DNA from: Narcine bancroftii | Taxonomy: Eukaryota | NCBI RefSeq assembly: GCF_036971445.1 | Contig: NC_091471.1 | Span: 296,608,001 to 296,672,000, forward strand | Length of the DNA stretch: 64,000 nt | Reading direction: 5' to 3' | In this document: positions 25,700-35,753 of the stretch, one piece after another | Numbering within the stretch: position 1 is the stretch's first letter | Layout of the letters: each line of letters opens with the position of its first letter | The notes under the pieces: model-generated | Databases searched by the model: none | The model's input: the letters and a program-made list of their open reading frames with translations, nothing else | Told to the model about the DNA's origin: nothing | Made by a program: the position numbers and the translations under genes

Positions 25700-27150
25700 G
25701 GTGCTTCACTGAATATTTTAATAAACTCCAAGTAGCCAATATCTCCTCCTCAAAAAATCAACTGAGAGACGTGACCTTCCCACACAAAGCTCTGCTATCT
25801 CTAATAGGTGTAAGCTTTTTCAGATGAGAGTGGACCCTGACTCCAAAAATCTTCTCCAGTAATTTCCCTACCATGGAGGCAAGGGTCATCAGTCTATAAT
25901 TTCAAGTTGGTCTTCTTTAACAAAGGAATAATTGTTGTTTACTCTAAGTAGACCCCATAATTATATACATCTCAATTAAATCTTCCCTCAGCCTCTTCTG
26001 TTCCAAAAAGATAAGTAATCAAATAACCATAGCAAGGATATGGGCCCTTTTTGTTTGTGACAAACTATTATTCTGTCTTGGCCTATTGACCCACAACCTG
26101 GACCATAGTGCGCCCCCCCCCCCCCCCCCCCCACAAAGCCCTGCCATCTATCCAAATTTCTCTTAAATGTCAAAATCAAACCCATATCCACCATTTCAGC
26201 TGGCAGCTCATTCCACATTCTCACCACCCTCTGAATGAAGAAGTTCCCTTTAAACATTCCTCCTTTCACCTTAACCCACGTTGTCTGGTTCATATCTCAT
26301 CTACCCTCAGTGGAAAAAGCCTGGCTACATTTACTCTGTCTATCCCCTCATAATATTAAATAACTCTATCAAATCTCCCCTCATTCTTCTATGCTCCAGG
26401 GAATAAAGTCATAATCTGTTTAACCTTCCCCTGTAACTCAGTTCCTGAAGTCCAGGCAAGATCTAGTAAATCTTCTCTGCACTCTATCTTATTGATAATC
26501 TTTCCTGGAGTTACGTGACCAAAACTGGACACACAACACTCCAAATATGGCCTCATCACAACTTTACCATAACATCCCAACTCCTATACTCAAAACTTTG
26601 ATTTATGAAGACCAACATGCCAAAATCACTTTTAAAATCAACTATCTACCTGTGATGCCACTTTCCAGGAATTATGCATCTGTATTCCCAGATCCCTCTG
26701 TTCTACTGCATTCCTCAGTTCCCATACTGTTTTCCATGTCCTACCTTGATTTGTCTTCCTGAAATGCAACACCTCACTCTTGTCTGCATTAAATTCCATC
26801 CTCCATTTAACAGGCCATTTTTCCAGTTGGCCCATATCTCAATCCTCGTGTCATCTGCAAATGTATCCAATCTTTCCTCATCGGTAAAATTTTCCAGTCC
26901 CAACCACACTTGTATAAATTGCCTCTGCACTCTCTCTAGAAATTGTATCTTGTAATATGATGACTAAAACTGTATGCAATTCTCAAGCTGTGGTTTAATT
27001 GGTGCTGCACATTGTTCTAGCATACTGCTCTTATGGGTTTGGTTAATAATAGATAACATCTTGAATGCTTGCTTTTTAAACATAAACTGTATACTTGTCC
27101 TCTAAACTTTAATTATCTGTGCACATAAACCCCAAGGCATCCCTGTTCCT
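25700..27150 (-). mobile_element. CR1-like LINE fragments
   Basis: FADDT, KWRMEFNADKSEVLHF, RPYLECCV and FFIQRVVRMWNELP motifs in the ORF track. Confidence 0.8.
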
Positions 27151-28131
27151 CCACACCTCTAAATCTCATTTTATTGCAAATTCTCTTCTTATAGCCCATT
27201 AATGTTTAGGAGATGGGAGGACACCAGAGCACTCAGCAGAAACCCACAGACATGAAAACTCTACAGAGAGCACCCATACTCAGCAACACTAATGGCAACA
27301 CCACTGTGCTACTCATAAATGCAAGTTTTGCATTTATTTTTCATTTCCCATGTTCTGCTCTGCCCACCTTGATTTCTCTTTTTTTAAACAAGTTAAAAAT
27401 CACAATCTATTCCTGATATATTGAATTATAACTGGTCTCTTCTTCACGTGACTATGGAGAATAGTCATAGATGGTACTAATGGATGTGGGTTTGCACAAT
27501 GGACAGAGTTCTCCACTATGCAGTTATAATTTATGCCTGCTCTAAATGCAGATGGAAAACAGCTCACTAATGTTATAACAAACATAAACACAAAATATCT
27601 GAAACATTTTTACACATTCAATAGCAGAAACATAAACAGAGATAATGCTGAAGGTAAACTATCAAAATAGTCAATAAATTATTGCAATATGTTGATTAAT
27701 ATAACCCCTCAATCAATGCTGCCCCATGATCATTTAACTCACTGCTGTTTACACAATATTTCATTTTTTTGACAAAATAGCAACATTCTGATAAGTAAAA
27801 CTTTGCCTGTGAGAGATATTAACATTCAACAAGATCCACAAAAAGTGAAACTTTCCTCAATAACACCACTACATTGAACAAGGGCAAAATGCCCTACATA
27901 GCTCAATTTTTGAGTACTCTTTCGTCAAAGGTTTCCTGTTGTGTGTAGGACAGTGACAAGGTCCCTGATCGAAACGGGGGGGGGGGGGGGGGGGGTCGAG
28001 CGAGGAGCAGAGAGGACCAGGTTAAGGAAGAGGACACCAGGTATCGGCGATGGGTAGGGGCAGGGGGCGGGCACTTTTCTTGCTCATCCTCAACTCCCAT
28101 GTCCGATTGCGATGCGCTGTCCGCTGCTCAC

Positions 28132-28431
28132 CGCCTTCTCCAAGTGCGAGCGAGCCTGATCCGTGTTCTTGGTGTGGTGGTACAGAACGCTGCCGAGTTG
28201 CAGGTGGGTGCGGGCCTCGATGCGCTGCGACGGCTTGAACTGGAAGATGGCCTGCAGACAGTGCACGCAGAGCTTGATCTTGGGCGGACTGGCCGTGCGG
28301 AAGTTCTCGGCGAAGCCCAGCAAGGCCAGGTACCAGGCGTCCGTGTACTGAGACGGCTGCTGAGGAGGTTGGGGCTGCGGCTGCGCCTGGGGTTGTTGCT
28401 GCTGAGGGCCGCTAGCGCCAACCGCCGCCAT
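28132..28431 (-). CDS. MAU2: MAU2 coding exon 1 (100 codons)
   Basis: ATG in AAGATGGCG context. MAAVG...[68 protein letters not shown] matches the MAU2 N-terminus. Donor GTGAGC at 28131. CpG-rich. Confidence 0.97.
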
Positions 28432-28530
28432 CTTACCCGCATCCGCGACAAACATCGCGAGAAGTTGGACCCGGCCCGAGAGCTGGGGGTGCGGCCTGGG
28501 GAAGCCGTGACGTCATGAGGAAGCGGTGGA
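28420..28530 (-). promoter_or_regulatory. MAU2 CpG-island promoter/5'UTR motifs
   Basis: YY1-type AAGATGGCGGC over the start codon; TCTCGCGATG (BANP/CGCG-like) near 28453-28462; full CRE TGACGTCA at 28508-28515. Confidence 0.6.
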
Positions 28531-29619
28531 GTGGGGAGCAGTCTGTTGTGGGCACGTTGGCTGCTGCTGCAGAGACGGGGGCGAGAAGACCAGGATCGTT
28601 GGAGCTGTGTGCAACGGATTAAATAGTTTGAAGGTGTGCAAAATGAAATTTGCACCTTGGCCGAAATATGAGAACGTTCTCCTTTGGTGCTCAGGGAGAG
28701 CTGGGGTTCCACGTTCAAGTTTATTGTCATCTGATTGTGCAAGTCCAACCCGACAAAACAGCTTCGGTGTACAAAAATGCAGATACACATCCAGACATAA
28801 TACATACCGACAAACGAAGCATGCAGTTAAAAACAAACAATGCTCAATGTACTTTTTGTAGCATCCCTTGATGAAGGACTGAAGCCCGAAACGTTGGTAA
28901 TGTAAATGTTAGAATCTCGGAGGGTTTGTTTGAGCAGTTCATTCAGTGGTTCAGAAGTCTTGCTGTCTGCGAGAAGAAGCTGTTTCTCAGCTCAGTTTCT
29001 CGTCCAAACATAATGAAGGCAGCAAGCAAGGAAGACCTCGGAATGTATTGTAAGCAAGAGTAAAATCACATGCGGAATGCAATGTAGAATGTTGCCCCCT
29101 TTATTTAAGGAAGGATATTACAGTAATTGTCTTAAAGGTGCAGCCTCAACACCTTCGTTCCTGGAGAAGGGAGCTGTTATACAAGGCTTAAACGATAGGA
29201 AGTCAACGAATGAAAGCTGTTCTCCTTAAGAGTGATAAAATTCTGAGGTTGTTTCCAAGAAGCTGAGAACTGGGAAGGAGGGGCTGACTGTCGGAACACG
29301 GGGAAGGTCACTTTGAAATTCTCTATCTGGGCAGGGGTGGTCAACCTTTTAATTCATAAATACAGAACATTTCGGTCCACGAGTCCGTACCGGCGGTGTA
29401 GGTTAATTAGGCGGACGCCAAATCATATAACTGTACTTAATATTTTGGCAAATAAAATCAGAACAACCAGCTTTAATGAGTGGTGAAGCAGTCCCAAGGG
29501 GTTCATATATCTACTCCTGTTTATTTCCTAATCTGACTGAAGGAATGACATGATAGGTATTCTCTGTCGTCACAGATTTTGATGGAGGGGACACTGATTC
29601 AAACTGATATGTAAAAACT

Positions 29620-30420
29620 CTCTGGAGAACCAACAGATATTTCAACAAGTAAGATAGTAGAAAAGTACAGAAGTGCATTATATAGAGAGAGCAGTTGGTA
29701 CTGAGAGAAAACAACAATTTAGCGGTTTATTCAGGAGTCTAATTACAGTGTGATTATATTTAGTGGTTGCATGATCTCACACTTGAGAATCTACTTCCTG
29801 ACAAGATGGGGTTGGAGAGAGTGTGGTGCCCTGGGATGAGTGTTTAATACATTTGCTGCTTTACCAAGGCGGCAGGAGTTTGATGGAAGGGAAGGGATAT
29901 GTGTGATGGTCTGAGCCATGTTCACGATCCTCTTGTAACCTTAATGAAGGATTCAAGCCCGAAACGTTGCTGAAATATCTTTATCTTTGCTACATAAAGT
30001 ATACTGTTACACCTGCTGAGTTTCTCCAGCATTGTGTTTTTACTTCACATTCCCCTGCAGTTTCTTGTGGTCTTGGGCGGAGCAGTTGCCGTCCAACGTA
30101 GTGATGCACACTGACAGGATACTTTCAATGGTGCATTAGTAGAACTTAACGGATGCAGGTGACATGCGAAATTTTCTCAGGCTTCAGCGGAAAGAGAGGA
30201 CAGGTGCACTTTTTTGTGCATTGCATCGACGTGGTTGGACCAGGACAGGTCACTGGAGATGTTTACCCCAAGGAACTTAAAGCTGTCTACTCTCCCCTCC
30301 TCAGTAACATTGATGCAGAGGTTCAATCATTCTCTAGAAATTTATAACCGGGTCTTGCTGAAATTGAGGGAGAGGCTATTGTCCTTGTACAAAGCGACAA
30401 GTTATTCCATCTCCCTTCAC
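29620..30420 (-). mobile_element. Rex1/Babar-type LINE fragment between MAU2 and NDUFA13, with nested hammerhead-bearing element (~29935-30048)
   Basis: Similar to the other Rex copies (caggacaggtcactggagatgtttaccccaaggaactt). Confidence 0.65.
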
Positions 30421-30729
30421 AGAGTTAAAGCAGGATTTCAAAATGAAATTGGACTGACACTTCACTGAAGATACCGTTCACAGCGATGGATTTTTGTACA
30501 TATTGTATATATTGTTATTGATATGGTTCACGGTGAAGTAATAAATAAAAAATTATAGAAGGGACCAATGATTGTTCCACTTGAATTTTTTTTACACTCA
30601 ACGTAATGTCACACAAAGAGCAATTATTTGTTTATTCACCAAAACAGTAGGATTGTCAAAGAAACTAATTCCAAATAAATGACAATGAACCCATGAAGTG
30701 AAATGAAGTTTAGCCCAACTCCGAGATGC

Positions 30730-30836
30730 AGTTCATGCCAATCACCTGATTGACGGTCCGGAGGCAATCGATCAGCTTAGAGAGGCGGGACTTCCGCTCT
30801 GCCAAGCTTGGCCGGAAGTAGTATTCAACCGAGAAA
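30730..30836 (+). promoter_or_regulatory. NDUFA13 proximal promoter
   Basis: CCAAT 30738-30742; GC-box-like GAGGCGGGAC; two inverted ETS/GABP sites, ACTTCCG 30790-30796 and CCGGAAGT 30812-30819, typical of nuclear OXPHOS gene promoters. Confidence 0.65.
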
Positions 30837-30930
30837 ATGGTGCATGTCAAGGTGAAGCAGGACCTACCTCCTCCGGGTGGCTACGGTCCGGTGGATTATA
30901 AGCGGAACATTCCGCGCAGGGGGCCCTCAG
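30837..30930 (+). CDS. NDUFA13: NDUFA13 (GRIM-19) exon 1
   Basis: [31 protein letters not shown] is the diagnostic NDUFA13 N-terminus; 94 nt, donor gtagga. Confidence 0.96.
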
Positions 30931-30949
30931 GTAGGACGGGGGAGGGTGT

Positions 30950-31855
30950 TGTCTGGAAGTCGGGAGCTCTGGGAGGGGAAGACTGGGGAACTGTTGAAGG
31001 GGAGTCGGGAGTTCGGGGGGAGTCTGGAGCTGGGGGGAGCAGAGAAACCAGCAGTTCGGGGGGAGTCTGGAGCTGGGGGGAGCAGAGGAACCAGCAGTTC
31101 GGGGGGGGGGGAGGTGTTGGGGAAGCCTGGAGCTCGGGAGGGGGAGCTTGGAGCTGGTGGTGGGGGGGGTGTTGTTGGGGAAGTCTGGAACTCGGGGGGG
31201 GGGGGAAGCCTGCAGCTCGGGGAGAGGGGGGAAGCCTGCAGCTCGGGGAGAGGGGGGGGAAAGCCTGCAGCTCGGGGAGAGGGGGGAAAGCCTGCAACTT
31301 GGGGAGGGTTGGTGGGGGGGAAGCCTGGAGCTCCGGGAGGGGTGGTGTTGGTGGTGGGGGGGGGGAGCCTGGAGCTCCGGGAGGGGTGGTGGTGGCGGGG
31401 GGAGGAGCCTGCAGCTCGGGGAGAGGGGGGTGTTGGGGAAGCCTGGAGCTCCGGGAGGGTTGGTGGGGGGGGGGAAGCCTGGAGCTCCGGGAGGGTTGGT
31501 GGGGGGGTGGGGAAAGCCTGGAGCTCCGGGAGGGGTGGTGGGGGGGGGGAAGCCTGGAGCTCCGGGAGGGGTGGTGGTGGCGGGGGGAGGAGCCTGCAGC
31601 TCGGGGAGAGGTGGGTGTTGGGGAAGCCTGGAGCTCCAGGAGGGGTGGTGGGGGGGTGGGAGCCTGGAGCTCGGGGAGGGGTGGTGGGGCGGGAGAGCTT
31701 GGAGCTGGGGGGGGTGTGTTTTTGGGGAAGCCTGGAGCTCGAGGGGGGTGGTGGTGTTGGGGAAGCCTTGAACTTGGGGGGGGGGTTGATGTTGGGGAAG
31801 CCTGGAGCTGGGGGGGGGGGGATGTTGGGGGAAGCCTAGAGCTTGGGGGGTTGGG
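30950..31855 (+). repeat. G-rich minisatellite (~31-nt unit) at the start of NDUFA13 intron 1
   Basis: Repeated ggggaagcctggagctc(c)gggagggg(t)ggtgg and aagcctgcagctcggggagagggg variants. Confidence 0.9.
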
Positions 31856-31865
31856 CACCTCCTGA

Positions 31866-32151
31866 TTCCACTTTCAGGTGGCCAAAATACTCCAATGTAA
31901 AGCCGCATCATATTCTACCCCTACGTGGCTGTCGGTTGGCTACAAAGTGGAGAACCCAGCCAGGAGGAGCACTTACTTAACCCTCTTCCCGTTGGTATGA
32001 TCTCCGGCTCTGAGAATCTCTCGTTGCACCTGAAAGCAGTAGTAGGACTACGGCCACAGTCCACAGGAGCTGGTGTTCGCTCGAATGCCGGCACGTTCAG
32101 GTGGCAGAAAATGCCGGTGCATTATCTGCATCTGAGCACCTGAAAGCGGAT
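31866..32151. mobile_element. Putative MITE (Harbinger-like)
   Basis: Terminal inverted repeats tccactttcaggtg / cacctgaaagcgga; flanks tga / taa. Confidence 0.45.
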
Positions 32152-32156
32152 TAAAG

Positions 32157-32821
32157 TAGGGCTTTCCAAACGTTTTAGTTCATAGAACCCTTTTGGGAGC
32201 ACTTGGAAATCACAGATCCCCAATTGTCAATTACAGTTTAAAAGATCTGATTATTATGATCTGATTATTATGATTGCCTTATTATACACAAGTATAATAA
32301 GGAAATAAATAAACTCACCATTCTCTAATTTACATTTAATGGATGAATGGAATTGCTTCTTGTCCTCACAGATCTTAATGTTGGCCACAATGTTAGATGT
32401 ATCCTTATGTCATGGCACCTCAGTACTTCAGATGAATGATCCTGTCTTCTAGTTTGTTTTTTAATCCAACGATCCATGATTCTTAATACAGTAAGGCAAG
32501 CATGGAATATCTTTCAGTTTAAATTTTAAAATAAGGCCAACCTCACACCAGAAGAAATCAGAGCCTTATTTGTGGTAAATGATGCACAGGTCGGTTGTCT
32601 GCGCTGCTCATTACGCCATTTTATTTTCTTAGGTCTGGTGGAGGCAAATGTTTGCAGCCATTGCATAAACACAGTGATTTAGAGGTTTTAAAAAAAAAAG
32701 TAATTTAAAGAAAAACCGGTTGAATGGTAGATAGTATTACTACCTGCCATTTCTTCCACAGAACCCCTATGGTTTTCCATGGAACTCCTGGGTTCCACGG
32801 AACCCAGTTTGGGAAACGTTG
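32157..32821 (-). mobile_element. hAT/Charlie-like internally deleted DNA transposon
   Basis: TIRs tagggctttccaaac / gtttgggaaacgttg; degenerate 8-bp TSD gattaaag / ttctaaag; MDRWIK transposase-start remnant on the minus strand near 32460-32478. Confidence 0.6.
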
Positions 32822-34862
32822 TTCTAAAGCATTCCCCCAAGTAGAGGAAAGCTAAGACTTGGAATACACTCGGGAAATATTTCCTTTTTGCTTATATATT
32901 GAAGAAGGGATCAGGCCTGAAATGTCAGTAATGCACTATATCTTTACCTCCGATTGACACTGAGTTCCTAGTGTGTTTTTACTGCAATCACAGCACCTGC
33001 CATCTTCCATGTTTCACTTCTCACCCATGCCAGCCAGGTTGCTAACCTGAACTAATCCCATTGGCCTGCTCATGGCCAATGCTTGTTATCATGCCTGTCT
33101 CTGCATGTCCCAGAAACGTACTTGTGAATCTTTTTGACACCATGTTTATTTAAGCATTTCCTTCCTGCATTAAGGGGACCAGAATTTCACACCTTTTTCC
33201 AGTTGAAACCTCACCAACGTCCTGTAGAACTGGAACTTGATGTCTCCACTCTCGTTGTCGGTGCCCAGTCTGAATGACAAACCCCTTCATCACCCTTTTT
33301 CCTGTGTCATCCCTTTGAGGGAACTCTGGTCTCACAGCTCTGGATCTCTGTTCTTCAAGACTTTCCAGAGCTCTGCAATTTTCTGTGCAAGTACTGGCCT
33401 GTAGGGTGTACAAGAAGACCATCCCTAAAGATGCCCTGAGGCAGAGAAGACTGTGGATTGAGTGCTGGAACATGGCATTTATAGGGGTGGATACCACAGG
33501 TCAGCATGAATGTGGTGGGCAGAGCAGTCTGCTTCAAAGCTGCATGACTCCGCCACATTGATTTAGAAATTTATCATCATTCTAAGTTTCAATTCTGGTG
33601 CTCCCTTCCCAAGAGTACAATCAGAGCCACCTGTTCCAACCAGTGACATTTGGCTCTGTGTGATTATAGAAAATAACACTGCAACATTCCCACAGTTTTT
33701 GCTCTTGAATCTTAGCTGTAAGGCATCCAAGTTGTCCTGAGATGACATCATGCCATCTGATTTGTGAACTGTTCTCGCCAGCATCGCTCAGATGGTGAAT
33801 GTGGGGCATTCTGGAAATATTTAGAATTGTTAGTTTTGTGCCTGGGAGTGATGATTTTCTGTGATGACTGCACATAGAGTACTCATTCCCCCCCCCCCCC
33901 CCAACAGTTTTTGATTAGCATTGTTTCTGTTGCTGTAGACTCCCAAACATCTCTCCAACAAGGGTCCTGCTCCACTCACATGACCAAGAATCTCAAGCCG
34001 CCTCCAGTAGCTTTACCAAACCAAATTTGACATTGAACCACATACGATGAGACTGGAGGGTTTAAGGCTTGTCATCATAGTGAATTTATGAAAGGAATCC
34101 CAGATTTGAGATCAAAGAATCCAGATCACTCAGGTCATGTCTGCCACTAGTGAGGTGATATAAATGAGAGGAAGATGCTTTAGGTTGAGAGTTTAGTTCT
34201 GAGTTCTCCAGAGAGTCATAAGGCTAGAAGAGATTACAGAATGAGGGAGAGGTTGGGACAGGGAGGTATTTGAAATCCAGGGTGATTTTCTTTTAAATCA
34301 AGGCGTTTCCTAAAAACAAACACATTAGATCAGTGAGCCAAGGGTTTTGGGAGCTTGGGGTGAATGTAGTTTACAGAGGATGCATGTTACCATGTTTGAA
34401 GGACAAGCAGAAATGAGTTCTTCCAAATATTCAAGTTTTTTTTGTGTTTCAATCTGCATGACCTGTTGCATGTGTTTTACTGGGCAAATCATCCAGAATC
34501 CAGGAATTCATCAAGAGCATGAGAGTTCACATCTCATGACAGCTGTTTGAGTAAATATGTATGGTTTTAAACAGCGGGGATCAGAAATAATATTTTCAAA
34601 ACTATCAGAAAGTTGGACAGGCAGTACTGAATGTCTCTTTTGACACATTGGAACTGCGTGCCTGTCTCCCATCCTGCACCAAGTCTGAAGAAGCCTCAGG
34701 GCCTCAGTTTTACCACCACTCTCAGGACAGTAACCCAGGGAAATGCCCAAATCTGAAGCAGCGCACTGATTTAAGGGGAGGAAATGGTTTGATTCACCCT
34801 TATGCTGACCTTATAATGTATTATTCGTGAGGTGCTGACACCATATTTGTTTGTATTTGTAG

Positions 34863-34941
34863 GTTACAGCATGTTTGGGATTGGAATTGGGATTTTAATC
34901 TTTGGCTACTGGAGGCTCTTCAAGTGGAACAGAGAACGACG
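34863..34941 (+). CDS. NDUFA13: NDUFA13 exon 2 (GYSMFGIGIGILIFGYWRLFKWNRERR; TM helix)
   Basis: 79 nt, ttgtag/gtatgt boundaries, phases consistent. Confidence 0.96.
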
Positions 34942-35753
34942 GTATGTCTCCTCCCAAACCACCCCTCTAAAACTCTATTTACCTTATTCACGTCCCGCAG
35001 TTCAGTTAAAGACAGTTGCAGGTTTCATCTTTACACATTAAATCTTGCCACACCCCTGTTTTCAAGAGTGCTTTGTGGAAGGAATGGCTTGCTCCTGAAG
35101 CATCGATGATTAGGGAATGCCTAGGGGGGAGGGGGGCGGGGTTGATATTTTGGTCTTTGCAGACTAGCCACTGTTTTGGATATTTCAGAAGAGAAAGATT
35201 TGAAGGTGAAATGGTTTTACAGGTTAGTGGGATTACAATTATTAGCACATTCAAAGAGATTATTTTTGCATGACTAAGAGCTGGAAAACTCCTCTGAATC
35301 TACACCTTTCTCCGGAAATTCATTCTTTCTGGAAATGTGTTGTTGGACTGTCCATTGGAGCAGAGGTGAGAAGTACCTTCAGTCAGAGGGTGGTGAATCT
35401 CTGGAATTCATTGCCATTGGTTGTGGAGACCAAGTAATTGGGTATATTTTAAGGGTGACTGAAGGTTATGGGGACAAGGTAGGAAAATGAGAGGAAAAAT
35501 ACATCATCCATGATTTGAATGGCAGAGCTGACTCAATGGGCTGAATTCCGCTCCTGTCTCCTGACCATTCTTTGAGCTCCATCTTCAGTCACCGTCATTG
35601 TGATGTGAAACATCAAAGTTTGTGATTGTAGTAAAAACATGGAAATGCTGGAGGAACTTGGCAGGTCTCGCAGCATCCATAGGAGGTAAAGATATATTCC
35701 AGACATTTTGGACTCGGGCCTTTCCTCAAGGTATGAGTGGAAAAAACTTCACT

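Noticed and set aside
28099-28805. Antisense and alternative-frame ORFs over MAU2 exon 1
   Set aside because: Expected shadow ORFs of GC-rich coding sequence, with no recognisable protein.
30837-31911. 320-354 aa Gly/Trp- or Pro-rich ORFs on both strands
   Set aside because: They arise from a stop-poor G-rich minisatellite that is open in several frames. The real NDUFA13 exon ends at the donor at 30931.
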